The notes below the pieces were generated by a model. The model did not search any database. It had not been told where the DNA came from and worked only from the letters and a program-made list of their open reading frames with translations. Both the position numbers and the translations under genes were made by a program. Shown here piece after piece: positions 52,314-62,349 of a DNA stretch of 64,000 nt (the stretch's first letter is position 1; each line of letters begins with the position of its first letter). Source of the stretch: an uncultured Chloroflexia bacterium (GTDB taxonomy: Bacteria > Chloroflexota > Limnocylindria > Limnocylindrales > CSP1-4); contig CAWDXA010000011.1 in NCBI GenBank assembly GCA_963806175.1, positions 602,065 to 666,064 on the forward strand. Reading direction: 5' to 3'.

Positions 52314-53255
52314 GTGACCTTCTCGATCGTCGCGCTCGACCCGGCCAGCGGCGACCTCGGCGTCGCGGTCCAGTCGAAGTTCCTGGCCGTTGGTTCGGTG
52401 GTGCCCTGGGCGATCGCCGGGGTCGGCGCGATTGCCACCCAGTCGTTCGCCAACGTGGCATACGGCCCGGACGGTCTGGCGCTCCTGGCCGGCGGGCGCT
52501 CGGCGCAGGATGTCCTGACCCGGCTCGTGTCCGATGACAGTCTGCGCGACCAGCGCCAGGCCGGGATCGTCGACGCCCAGGGCCGCGCGGCGACCCACAC
52601 TGGCCGGCACTGCTTTGCCTGGGCCGGTGGGCGCACCGGCGCGGGTTTCGCGGCGCAGGGCAACATCCTGGCTCGCGCCGAGGTCGTCGACGGGCTCGCG
52701 GACACGTTCCTGGCCGGTGGCCGGCCGTTTCCCGAGTTGCTCGTGGCCTGCCTGGCCGCCGCCGATGCGGCCGGCGGGGATCGGCGCGGTCGCGAGTCGG
52801 CCGCCCTGCTCATCGTCCGTGCCGCGGGCGGGTATGGCGGCGGCAACGATCGATGGCTGGACCTCCGCGTCGATCACCACGCCGACCCGATCGGTGAGCT
52901 GGCCCGCCTGGTCGACCTCCAGCACCTCTACTACGACCGGCCGTCGATCGACGATCTGCAGGCCGTCGACGAGGAGGTCGCCGCCGAGATCCGGACTCTC
53001 CTCGAGTCACTCGGGGCCGGTCCGGGCGGGCGCTTCGGCGCCGTCTACACCCACATGGGCGGCGCCGTTGCTGGCGACACCGAGCCGCGCCCGTTCGTCG
53101 GGGAGTCGCGGCCCTATCCGTCCAACTGGGACGAGCGCTGGCAGCGTGCCCTCGACGACTGGATGGGGGTGGCGAACCTCGAGGAGCGAGCGGCCGCTCC
53201 CGGCTGGGTCGACGGACGCGTGCTCGCGGTGCTGCGCGATCAACGGCCCGCCTGA
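52314..53255 (+). CDS. DUF1028 (Ntn-hydrolase fold) protein with a C-terminal extension
   Basis: GTG 52314 gives MTFSIVALDPASGDLGVAVQSKFLAVG, the typical DUF1028 N-terminus with Thr2. The 313-aa ORF is intact. Confidence 0.8.
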   Translation: MTFSIVALDPASGDLGVAVQSKFLAVGSVVPWAIAGVGAIATQSFANVAYGPDGLALLAGGRSAQDVLTRLVSDDSLRDQRQAGIVDAQGRAATHTGRHCFAWAGGRTGAGFAAQGNILARAEVVDGLADTFLAGGRPFPELLVACLAAADAAGGDRRGRESAALLIVRAAGGYGGGNDRWLDLRVDHHADPIGELARLVDLQHLYYDRPSIDDLQAVDEEVAAEIRTLLESLGAGPGGRFGAVYTHMGGAVAGDTEPRPFVGESRPYPSNWDERWQRALDDWMGVANLEERAAAPGWVDGRVLAVLRDQRPA

Positions 53256-53308
53256 CCGCTCGACCCACCGGCATCGGCCTGCATCGGTCGTCTGCCACAA
53301 TCGGACCG

Positions 53309-53948
53309 ATGGAACGCCTCACCCGCGTGGTCGGCCCGGTCGCGACCAACGTCCACGTCCTGGCCGATGAGCAGTCGCACGAGGCGATCGCGATCGACAC
53401 CGCGACCCCGAGCCTGGCCTGGATCTCCGAGGCGCTGGCCGAGCGTGGCTGGACGCTCAAGCTGATCGTGTCCACGCACGGCCACTGGGATCATATCGGC
53501 GACAACGCTGCGGTCGCGGCCCACACCGGGGCGCCGATCGCCGTCCACCCGCTCGATCGCGACCGACTCGAGCACCCGCGTGCCGCTCTTCGCTCCGTTC
53601 GACATCCCGCCGTCGGTGCCGGCCGTCGAGCTGGCCGAGGGCGGGCTGGTCCGCTTCGGCGACATCCGCCTGCGCGTCCTCCACACGCCCGGTCACACCG
53701 AGGGGTCGGTCTGCCTGCTGTCCGAGGACGACGGCCTGCTGTACAGCGGCGACACGCTGTTCGCGGCCGGCTGGGGCCGGGTCGACCTGCCCGGCGGTCA
53801 CGCCGAGGCCATGGTCGAATCGATCGGACGGCTGGCATCCCTCGACGACCGGGTGGCGGTCTTCCCCGGCCACGGCAAGTCGACCACGATCGGGCGCGAG
53901 CGAGCCTGGATGGAGCTCGTCCGCGACAGCGGCCGGTTGTTCGCCTGA
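53309..53948 (+). pseudogene. MBL-fold metallo-hydrolase (glyoxalase II-like), one frame shift
   Basis: It has STHGHWDHIG (HxHxDH), then VLHTPGHTEGSVCLL and VFPGHG in ORF 53580..53948. The break is near 53580. Confidence 0.85.
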
Positions 53949-53949
53949 C

Positions 53950-54913
53950 TCAGCGCTCGAGTGGTCGCCCGTACGCCGTCGACCGGCGGAAGACCGTGAA
54001 CCCGAGGCGCTCGTAGAGACCGAGTGCGCCGGTCGGGTTCTGGGCGTCCACTCCAAGCATCGCCTCGTCCATCCCGGCATCGCGTACCTTGCGCAGCGCC
54101 GCCGCGGTCAATGCCCGGCCGAGCCCGCGCCGCCGCCACGGTCGGCGCACGCTGATCCGCTCAAGCCAACCACGGCGGACGCCGAGTCGTTCGTTCTCGG
54201 TCGGCCAGATCCAGGTCTCGACGACACCGGCAACGTCATTGCCGTCCCACGCCACGACCCACAGGCCCGTGTCGTTTTCGTCCTGGTCGAACGTCTGGCG
54301 AAACGCCTCTTCGCCCATCTCGTGATGGCCCCAATGGTCCCGGAAGGCCTCGTTCTCGGCCTCGAAGACCGCGCGATGGTGCTCCGGCTGAACGGGTCGG
54401 ACCTCCAGTCCGTCCGGCATCGGCACGGACGGGTACGCGGTCCAGGTCGGTGTGGCGCATCAGGAAGAAATGGCGGACGGGGACGAAGCCGGCCTGCTCG
54501 TACAGGGTCCGTGCACCGACTTCCGGCTCCTCGGCGTCGGCGAGGATCTCCACCGCGCCGTCCGGGTCCTCGACCCGGGCACGCTCCGCCACCCGACGAA
54601 GGCTCCAGTCGAACAGCCAGCGCCCGATGCCGCGGCGGCGCATCTCGGGGGCGACCCGGCCCCACAGGTCGTAGGTGGGCGTGTCGTCGCGCAGTTGCCG
54701 CTGCACGGACGTGACCGCGATCAACCGCCCGCCCGCCTCGACGAGCACCACGTCGCGAGCCGGATCGATGCCTTCGCGCCGCATGGAGAGACGCAGGTTG
54801 TCGGCGGTCGGCAGCCACGGGATGTCGTCGTGGGCGTGGCACTCGCGGACGAGGGCCGACAGTGGCTCGAAGTCCGCGTCGTTCGTGACGAACCGAACCT
54901 GCAGGCCGTCCAT
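53950..54913 (-). pseudogene. Tandem-GNAT acetyltransferase, mycothiol synthase (MshD)-like, one frame shift
   Basis: The N-terminal GNAT is ORF 54236..54913 (RRRGIGRWL). The C-terminal GNAT is ORF 53950..54426 (VRRPWRRRGLGRALT...LGVDAQNPTGALGLYERLGF). The break is near 54430. Confidence 0.65.
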
Positions 54914-54961
54914 CGGCGGCGCGTCCGGCAGGTCGGTCCTGGGTGCTGGTTCCGTGCGCTG

Positions 54962-56058
54962 TCATCGATCGTCTCCGTACTTGCGCGCCATGTGCTCGTT
55001 CACGGATTTCGAGATGATCCGCCAGGTTCGGCGGTGCTCGGCTCGGGCCCGCGGATCGCCCTGGCGGGCGGCGTGGGCCATCTCGCGCTCGAGCTTGCGG
55101 TGACTGGCCAGGCGGTCCTCGCTCAGCCGGCCGTCGGCGACGGCGGCACCCACCGCACAACCCGGCTCGCCGGCGTGCGCGCAGTCGCTGAACCGGCAGC
55201 CGGCCGCCAGGGAGGCGACGTCGTCGAAGGCCGGCGCGAGCCCTTCGTCGGCGCCGAGCACCTCGAGCGCGCGGATCCCCGGGGTGTCGACCAGCAGGGC
55301 GCCGCCCGGGCAACTCGAACAGCTCGCGGTGGGTCGTGGTGTGGCGGCCTCGCGAATCCGAGACGCGGACCTCGGCGGTCTTCTGGCGAGCCTCGCCGAG
55401 GAGGGCGTTGACCAGGGTGGACTTGCCGACACCCGACGATCCGAGGATCGCGGCGGTCGTCCCGGGCCGGAGGTGCGCGAGCAGGTCGTCGAGCCCGGCA
55501 CCGGTCCAGGCGGAGACGGCGACCACCGCCACGCCGGGCGCGATCGCGTCCGACCGCGACCAGCCGCCCGTCGGTGTCGCCGTCGAGGTCGGCCTTGTTC
55601 AGGACGACGACCGGGATGATCGCGCTCGACCAGGCGACCGCCAGGTAGCGTTCGATCCGGCGCAGGTTGAAGTCGTTGTCCAGCCCGGCCACGAGCAGCG
55701 CGACGTCGACGTTGGAGGCCATGATCTGCTCGTCGTCGAGGCCGCTTCCATGGCGGGTCCCGTCCGCGGCCATCCGCTTGAAGACGCTTCGACGCGGGAG
55801 GATCGCCGTGATGACGCCGTCGCCGTCGAGGGCGACCCAGTCGCCGACGGTCGGATAGTCCGACGTCGCCAGCGCCTCGAACCGGAACGAGCCCGAGACC
55901 GCGGCCGGCCGGTCGCCCGCGCCGTCGCGGACGATCGAGGTCTCGCGATGGACGGCGACAACCCGGGCCGGGCGCCGGCCCCGGGCCGCGTGCGGCGCGA
56001 AGGCATCGGTCCAGCCGACGTCCCAGCCGAGGGCGCCCAGCGCGCGACCGTCGCCCAT
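54962..56058 (-). pseudogene. rsgA: Ribosome small-subunit-dependent GTPase A, about 3 frame shifts
   Basis: It has an OB-fold N-terminus (GDWVAL), VVLNKADL, GSSGVGKSTLVNALLG, GRHTTTHRELF, DTPGIR and the zinc knuckle CRFSDCAH..EPGCAV. The pieces lie in the frames of ORFs 55123, 54108 and 54962. Confidence 0.85.
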
Positions 56059-56081
56059 CTCCGGCCCTGCCGAATCGGGGA

Positions 56082-57102
56082 TCACGGCTCGACCTCCGGC
56101 TCGAGTGGCTTGCGCCACGCGGTCGAGCGATAAGCGACCTCGAACCCGAGACGTTCGTACAGCTGGAGCGCACCGTTGGGGTTGTCGGCATCGACGCCGA
56201 GACCGGCGGAGGTCAGGCCGCGCTCCCGAAGACGTCGCAGCGATTCGACGATGAGCGCCCCGGCGAGTCCGCGCCGTCGCCACGGCCGGCGGGTGAAGAC
56301 GCTTCCCAGCCAGCCCCGTTCCAGGCCCATCACCTCGTTCTCGGCAGCGTCGATCTTGTTGAGCACCCCGCCTGCCAGCTCGTTGCCATCGAAGGCTACG
56401 ATCCAGAGCGACAGGTCCGTCGACGGCTGGGCTAGCTGGCGCCCGAGTCGCTCCTCCGATTCGTCGACGCCGCCCCAGTGGTCCTGGAATGCCTCCGCCT
56501 GCGCGTGCCAGACCGCGGGTGCCAGGTCGATCGTGATCGGCCGGATGTCGAGTCCACTGGGCAACGGTTGCTCCGGGATGGCCTCGAGGTTCGGCCTCGT
56601 CATGTCGAAGAAGAACCGCGCCGGGGCGAACCCGGCGGCCGTCAGCAGGGCAACGTCGCCCGGCTGGCTGTCGCCGCTGAACGATCCGAACACGCAAGCG
56701 CCGCCCGGTCCATCGCTCCTGGCAAGCGCGCGACTGCGCCGCTCGCTCTCGGCCAGCAGGGCTGTGCCGATGCCGCGCCGGCGCCACGAAGGGTCGACCG
56801 CGCCATCGATGCGGTATTCGCGCAGCCCGTCCGTCGTCTCGACCCATTCTCGCGACGCGACGGCCACCGGCCGCCCGTCGAGCTCGGCGATCGTGACGTC
56901 GCGAACGGGATCGAAATGAGGGCTCGGATGGGCGAAGCGCACCGCCAGCGACTCGATGATCTGCACGTTCAGGCAGGCGATCGGCCTCGGCCTCCGCGTT
57001 CTCGATGCGGACGATCTCGGCCAGGTCGGGCTCGCCCGCGAAGGGACGCAACCGGAGCCCGGCCGGTGCGGCCCGGGGCATGGCCAACGGCGAGTCGCTC
57101 AT
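56082..57102 (-). pseudogene. Second tandem-GNAT acetyltransferase, MshD-like paralogue, one frame shift
   Basis: ORF 56082..56966 (WRRRGIGTALL and TRRPWRRRGLAGALI...LGVDADNPNGALQLYERLGF) is joined to the N-terminus MSDSPLAMPRAAPAGLRLRPF from ORF 55123..57102. The break is near 56975. Confidence 0.65.
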
Positions 57103-57103
57103 C

Positions 57104-57908
57104 TCAGCCGACCCGCTTGAGCTTGCCGGTCCGCTTGGCGTAGCGCTCGGCGCGGCCGAAGGCCCACAGCCCGAACGGGATGAACACGACGCCCATCACG
57201 ATCAGCGGCCAGACGTCGCCGAACAGGTCGAGGACCGAGGTGCCCTTGAGCAGCCCGGCGCGGACGCCGTGGAGGACGTACGTCGCCGGCGACAGGTGCG
57301 ACAGCACCTGCATCCACGGCGGCAGGATGTCGACCGAGTAGTACACGCCGCTGACCAGCAGCAGGCACGACTGCAGCACGAACGTCATCTGCGCGCCGCG
57401 CTCCACGTAGAGCAGCGGCAGGATCGCCGCGATCATGCCGATCCCGACGAAGCTGAACGAGCCGAGGAGCATGAACGCCAGCACGGTCACCGGGTTCGCG
57501 CCGTGCGAGGTCGAGCTGCGGGAAGAACAGGATCAGCACGATGAGGATGACCGTGGTGTGGACCAGGCCATAGACCATCGCGTACAGGACCGACCCGAGC
57601 AGCTGCGACCAGCGCCGGATCGGCGCCATCATCGTGTACTCGAGGGTGCCCTCCCAGCGTTCGACCGAGATCGTCTCGGCGATCCAGCTGAAGACGACCG
57701 ACAGGTAGTTCCAGAAGATCGCCCCGACCATCAGGGTCAGCAGCAGCGTCGGGCTGCCCTGGTCGGCACCGATGAGCGAGATCGACAGCGCGCCCGCGAC
57801 CGAATAGACCAGGAAGGCGATTTCCCAGCCCCAGTAGCGGCGTGTCAGGAAGAAGTTGCGCTCGATGAAGGCGTACGAGGCCTTCAGCTCATGGGCGACG
57901 ATGGTCAC
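57104..57908 (-). pseudogene. ABC-2-type (DrrB-like) exporter permease, one frame shift
   Basis: MTIVAHELKASYAFIERNFFLTRRYWGWEIAFLVYS... is ORF 57099..57908. The C-terminal half is ORF 57104..57490 (LSHLSPATYVLHGVRAGLL). There are six predicted TM helices. The break is near 57500. Confidence 0.8.
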
Positions 57909-57944
57909 GGGAGGATCTCCAGGTGGGGGAGCTGGCCCGGCCCC

Positions 57945-58132
57945 CTAGCGGGACCGGGCCAGCTCCAGACGGGACTCCGCCGCGATTCGCTCGCCGACCG
58001 CGATGACGCGGCGGCCGATCGACCGGCGGATGGACGAGCGGCCGTCGTCGAGCAGGCGCTCGCGCGCGAGCTCCTCGATCAGTCGCTCCTGGCGCTCGCG
58101 CGCCAGTTCGTAGGCCAACTGGTTCAGTTCAT
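57945..58132 (-). pseudogene. Small coiled-coil-like hypothetical protein (~61 aa) between the ABC ATPase and the permease; needs one indel correction
   Basis: AAGGAGG lies 8 nt before ATG 58132, but the frame reads ATG AAC TGA. A shift of one base gives ...LNQLAYELARERQERLIEELARERLLDDGRSSIRRSIGRRVIAVGERIAAESRLELARSR, ending at 57945. Confidence 0.3.
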
Positions 58133-58147
58133 GGTTCTCACCTCCTT

Positions 58148-59051
58148 TCAGTCGTCAGATTCGGTCTCGTCTTCCTCGACGTCGTCGTCGAGGGAGCGAC
58201 CGGTGAAGGTCATGAACACGTCCTCGAGGGTGGCCGGCCGGCCGAGCCGGCTCGCCACCAGGGCGATCAGCCCGTCGGGCGTGTCCTCGGCGACGACACG
58301 GCCGTCGTTGAGGATCGTGATCCGGCCGCACAGGCGTTCTGCCTCGGCCAGGTCGTGGGTCGTCAGGACGATCGTGGCGTCATGGGTCTCGCGAAGCTCC
58401 TCGATGAAGGTCTGGACGTCGAGCTTCGAGCGCGGGTCCAGGCCGGTGGTCGGCTCGTCCAGGAGCAGCAGGGTCGGGCTGGTCAGCAGTGCTCGCGCGA
58501 TCGCGACCTTCTGCTGCATGCCCCGGCTCATCTGCTCGATCGGACGGGTCGTCCGGTTGGCGCCGATGCCGAGCCGGGCGAGGATCTGGAGCGCCTCGCG
58601 CTTTGCCGTGGTCCCGTCCATGCCGTACAGGCGGGCGGCGAACAAGCAGGTTCTCCATCGGGCTGAGCTTCTTGAAGAAGGCAGCGTCCACGCTGACCCG
58701 GTTGATCAGCCGCTTGACCGCCATCTCGTCGCGAACGATGTCGTGCCCGAAGACCTCGACCCGGCCCTCGTCGAGGGTCAGGAGCCCGCAGATCAGCCGG
58801 ATGAGCGTCGACTTGCCCGAGCCGTTGGCCCCCAGGATCCCGTGGATGTCGCCGCGCTCGAGGCGCATCGACACGTGCGAGATCGCGCTGACCGGCTTGC
58901 GCTTGCGCCCGACGATGAACCGCTTGCTGGCGTCCTCGATCAGGAGGGCGGGCAGGGCGGGATGCCGCTGGGCGATTGCGACCGGCTGGGTCGGCCGGCT
59001 CGGCGAGCCGTTCGATCCGTTCTTCAGTTCCGGGAGAAGGGTGGCGGTCAC
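58148..59051 (-). pseudogene. ABC transporter ATP-binding protein (DrrA-like), one frame shift
   Basis: It has Walker A GANGSGKST (frame of ORF 58380..59381), the signature MSRGMQQKV and Walker B LLLLDEPTTGLD (ORF 58148..58645). The GTG start at 59051 is tentative. The break is near 58650. Confidence 0.85.
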
Positions 59052-59193
59052 GGTTGGTGCTCCAGGTGTTGCGGGAGGTTCGGGGATGGCGTCCGAAAAC
59101 GACAAGAGCCGCGGGCTCCGACCCGACGTGCTCGACGTCGGGGGCCTCGCGGCTCCTGGTGTCCGGTCCTGCGGGACGCAGGCACTGGGCATC

Positions 59194-59226
59194 AAAAAAG
59201 CCGGGGGCCCGATCTGGCCCACGGCT
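59194..59226 (-). terminator. Intrinsic terminator: 11-bp GC stem (one mismatch) followed by U6
   Basis: The minus-strand RNA reads AGCCGUGGGCC-AGAUCG-GGCCCCCGGCU-UUUUUU. It lies 38 nt after the stop of the 28-codon ORF and 143 nt before the ABC ATPase start. A T6 run is rare in this genome. Confidence 0.7.
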
Positions 59227-59263
59227 CGTGGTTCGTCCGGTCGGCGGTCCTGCCGCCTGCGGT

Positions 59264-59350
59264 CTAGCTCGAGATGGGCACAGATCTCCCGATGCCATCG
59301 GCGCCGGTAGGCGCAACGCATCGGTTGAGGAGGAACGTCTTCGTCGTCAT
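59264..59350 (-). CDS. 28-codon leader/small peptide ORF (MTTKTFLLNRCVAPTGADGIGRSVPISS)
   Basis: AAGGAGG lies 9 nt upstream of ATG 59350, and the stop is TAG 59264-59266. It has its own consensus-like promoter and is followed by an intrinsic terminator. Confidence 0.5.
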   Translation of the reverse strand: MTTKTFLLNRCVAPTGADGIGRSVPISS

Positions 59351-59402
59351 TCGGAGCCGCCTCCTTTGTCGTGATCTGCACGCGACATGCGAGCCGGACG
59401 GG

Positions 59403-59432
59403 AGTCTACCCGGGCTGTCGAGCCGGTGTCAA
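59403..59432 (-). promoter_or_regulatory. Near-consensus promoter driving the 28-codon ORF
   Basis: On the minus strand, TTGACA (59432-59427), an 18-nt spacer and TAGACT (59408-59403). The -35 overlaps the stop codon of the upstream GNAT gene. Confidence 0.55.
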
Positions 59433-60031
59433 CCCGATACCCGACCCTCGTGGCGGACGAGGTCGAGCCGCACGATCGGTCGGACCGGGGTCGTCGCGTT
59501 CCATTGCCGCCGGGCCACGACCTCGAAGCCCGCGCGCTCGAACATCGCGAGCGTGCCGCGGAAGACGTCGCCCGACGCGATCCGACCACCCGCGGGGATC
59601 TCGACCGGGTAGGCCTCCAGTGTCGTTGCGCCGAGCTCGCGGGCGTAGCCGATCCCCGCATCGAGGAGCGCCCGTGCCAGTCCGTGTCCACGGGCCCGAC
59701 GTGCGACGACGAAGCAGACGATCGACCAGACCGGCCGGTCATCGACCGGGGCCAGGACCTTTGAGTGGGCGAGGCGCTCATAGTCCTCGCGCGGCCCGAT
59801 GCTGATCCAGCCGACCGCGCCATCGGCATCGTAGGCCACCAGACCGGGCGCGCGGCCCAGCGCCACGCCATCCTCGACCGCGGTCTCGAGCACCGCCCGA
59901 TGCCGGACCTTGGCCGCGCCCGAGAATTCGACGCCGCGGACGCGGAAGTAGGCGCACCAGCACCACTTGGGGTCGCCGCCCTCCTCGAAGAGGTCGGCGA
60001 GATCTGGCAGGCGTTCCGGCGTCAGGGGCAT
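59429..60031 (-). CDS. GNAT-family N-acetyltransferase
   Basis: It lies in ORF 59429..60190, with the probable start MPLTPERLPDLADLF at 60031. It has VVARRARGHGLARALLDAGIGYARELG (acetyl-CoA site) and is intact. Confidence 0.8.
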   Translation of the reverse strand: MPLTPERLPDLADLFEEGGDPKWCWCAYFRVRGVEFSGAAKVRHRAVLETAVEDGVALGRAPGLVAYDADGAVGWISIGPREDYERLAHSKVLAPVDDRPVWSIVCFVVARRARGHGLARALLDAGIGYARELGATTLEAYPVEIPAGGRIASGDVFRGTLAMFERAGFEVVARRQWNATTPVRPIVRLDLVRHEGRVSG

Positions 60032-60104
60032 GATCGACAGGTCTTTGAGCGTCACGCGGGGATCCTCACCTGCAATCCTGCCATCTGCTGTCGACATCGA
60101 TGGG

Positions 60105-61148
60105 TTACCCGAGGACATACCGCTCGGCCAGCCGGCTGACCTGGGCGAGGGCGTCGTCGCGCAGCTCGAGGCGGCCCCATTGGGCGTCATCCACGGAGAG
60201 CGCGACCAGCCCTGCGTACATGAGGATCCGGACGTGATGCTGGAGGCTGGTCCTCGGGACCCCCAGTCGCTCCGCGAGGTCCGTGAGGGTGAGCGGTCCG
60301 TGGCGCAGCTCGCGCAGCGCCTTCAGCCGCAGCGGGTCCCCAAGCGCCTTGCCCAGGCGGACCAGAGTCTCGGGAGGAATGTCGGGATCGACACCGGATG
60401 CCCCGGCCGGATAGGCGATCAGCAACGTCGATCCGTGGTCACCGATGACGTACCCGGGGCGGAGGACGAGGTCGGGGATCAGGACGACGAGCGACTGACC
60501 GACCTCGCGGGCGAAATTGATCCCGGGCGCGATCCGTTCGAGGACGGCGTCGAGCTCCATGGCGCCGGTCAGCTCACGAACCGCCCGGGCGTCCTCGAGC
60601 TGGGCGTTGCCGATCCCAAGCTCGAGCTCGGCGAACCCGCGTTCGTACCAGGCCCGCAGGACGTCGACCACGTCAGCCCGGACGCGGTCCGGCGGTGCGG
60701 ACAACAGGTGGCGAAGGCTGGCCTGCCAGTAGCGAAGGTCCGGAAAGGATGTGCGCCGGAATTCCCATCGCGCATCTTCGTCGCCATCGACGGCGGCCCG
60801 AATGACCGCGGCCGGTGTCACGAGGCGCATCGCCCGGCGGTGGTAGCCGACGAGGGCACGGACGACCTCGCGGTCCGTCGCCGAGGCGAGTGCCGTCAGC
60901 GCCGCTTCGGCGGTCGGCTCTTCGGTCATCGCGTGGACGAAGCCGAGGAGGTTGATGAACGGCTCGCGGCCGATCCGGCGGATGCCGCCCAGGATGTCCG
61001 GGCCTGCCGCCTCGGCTCGCTTCCGCCAGTCAAGCGCGTTGTCGAGCGAGCGACCGGCCTGTCGCTCGGCCACGATCATGGCGCTGAGCAACAGTTCGTA
61101 GCCGGTGCCCGGCTGGACGATCACGCGAACGCTCTCCATGTACCGCAA
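60105..61148 (-). CDS. ArsR/SmtB-type wHTH regulator with a ~250-aa N-terminal domain of unknown function (DUF5937-like; family recalled from memory)
   Basis: ORF 60105..61148 has the C-terminal LGDPLRLKALRELRHGPLTLTDLAERLGVPRTSLQHHVRILMYAGLV (ArsR HTH). It is intact. Confidence 0.8.
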   Translation of the reverse strand: MRYMESVRVIVQPGTGYELLLSAMIVAERQAGRSLDNALDWRKRAEAAGPDILGGIRRIGREPFINLLGFVHAMTEEPTAEAALTALASATDREVVRALVGYHRRAMRLVTPAAVIRAAVDGDEDARWEFRRTSFPDLRYWQASLRHLLSAPPDRVRADVVDVLRAWYERGFAELELGIGNAQLEDARAVRELTGAMELDAVLERIAPGINFAREVGQSLVVLIPDLVLRPGYVIGDHGSTLLIAYPAGASGVDPDIPPETLVRLGKALGDPLRLKALRELRHGPLTLTDLAERLGVPRTSLQHHVRILMYAGLVALSVDDAQWGRLELRDDALAQVSRLAERYVLG

Positions 61149-61208
61149 GACTATCGAGTCCGTCCCCGCTCATGCGACCGATCTGGCTCGTTGCGTCCGC
61201 TGTGTATG

Positions 61209-61235
61209 ATCGGCGCGTGCCGATATTTGTCGGCA
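61209..61235. promoter_or_regulatory. Overlapping palindromes in the divergent ArsR-like / lipoprotein intergenic region (candidate operator)
   Basis: ATCGGC-GCGT-GCCGAT is at 61209-61224 and TGCCGA-TATTTG-TCGGCA is at 61218-61235. TATGAT and GATATT -10-like hexamers are adjacent. Confidence 0.35.
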
Positions 61236-61278
61236 TGCCCTCCGCGCGGCGTACCCAGGACGATCCAAGGAGAGCCTC

Positions 61279-62349
61279 GTGATCAAGGCATCGATCGCGT
61301 GCGCGGCCACGATCGCGATCCACGTGCTCGCCGGCTGCGCCGGGGCATCGACCGGACCCTCGCCGACGGGCTCCATCGATGCCAATGCCTCGTTCGAGGC
61401 GACGACGCCCGCCGTCGAGCCGACTCCGGCATTGGCTGCCGGCTCACCCGCAGCCGGCTCATTGGCCGCCGCCGATCTCGCGGTCGCCCGGATCGAGGCG
61501 ATCCCGAGCCCGTGTGAACTGGCAGAAGGACTCGGCCTTGTCTGGGTGACCTCCTATGCCCGCAGCGAGGTCGACGCCATCGACGCGTCGACGAACGCGG
61601 TCGTGCGCACGTTCGCGGTGCCAAACGGCCCGTGCGGCGTGGCGATCGGGTTCGGCTCGATCTGGGTCAGCGGCGGGACGAAGACGGTCGCCCGGCTCGA
61701 CCCGACATCAGGCGTGCAGCTCGCGTCCATCCCGGTCCCCGGCGAGATCTACGACGTCCAGGTCGGTCCGGACGCGGTCTGGGCGAGCGATCGGACGAAC
61801 GGATCGCTCGTGCGCATCGATCCGGCGAGCAATTCGATCATCGCGACGATCAAGGTCGGTGCCAGCGCCGACGGGTTCCGGATCGCCGACGACGCCATCT
61901 GGGTCGCCAGCGATCGCGACTCGGCGGTGATCAGGATGGACCCGACGAGCGGCTCGGTGGTTGCGACCATCGCGGTCGGTACGAAGCCGAACTGGCTGAC
62001 GATCGCCGACGGAGCGGTCTGGGTGGAAAACACGGGTGATGGGACCGTCAGCCGGATCGATTCGGCGACCAATGCCGTGACCGGAACGTTCAAGGTCGGG
62101 CGAGGGCCGGTGTATCTCGCGGTGGCCGGTGGGCGCCTCTGGGTGGCCAACGGCCTGGCGCGATCCGTGAGTGTGCTCGACGCGAACAGCGGGGAACCGG
62201 TCGCCGAGATCGGGTTCGAGACCGGCGTTCACGGCCTCGCCGCCGCCGCCGGGGCGGTCTGGGTCCTCGACCTGCACGGGCGGTCGTTCCTCGGCAACCT
62301 GAAGGGGACCACGATCTGGCGTTTCGACCCTGGGAGGATCAGCCAATGA
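61279..62349 (+). CDS. Lipoprotein, YVTN/NHL-type beta-propeller
   Basis: AAGGAG precedes GTG 61279, and the lipobox is LAGC. There are seven repeats of the pattern ...VW(V/A)S/...RIDP.SN.V.ATI.VG. It is intact. Confidence 0.8.
   Translation: MIKASIACAATIAIHVLAGCAGASTGPSPTGSIDANASFEATTPAVEPTPALAAGSPAAGSLAAADLAVARIEAIPSPCELAEGLGLVWVTSYARSEVDAIDASTNAVVRTFAVPNGPCGVAIGFGSIWVSGGTKTVARLDPTSGVQLASIPVPGEIYDVQVGPDAVWASDRTNGSLVRIDPASNSIIATIKVGASADGFRIADDAIWVASDRDSAVIRMDPTSGSVVATIAVGTKPNWLTIADGAVWVENTGDGTVSRIDSATNAVTGTFKVGRGPVYLAVAGGRLWVANGLARSVSVLDANSGEPVAEIGFETGVHGLAAAAGAVWVLDLHGRSFLGNLKGTTIWRFDPGRISQ

Noticed and set aside
59264-59350. The 28-aa peptide as a lasso-peptide or lanthipeptide precursor.
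   Set aside because: There is no Asp/Glu at core position 7-9 after the Thr-Gly junction. There is only one Cys, and no cyclase, protease, dehydratase or B1/B2 genes nearby. The attenuator or plain exported-peptide readings were kept instead.
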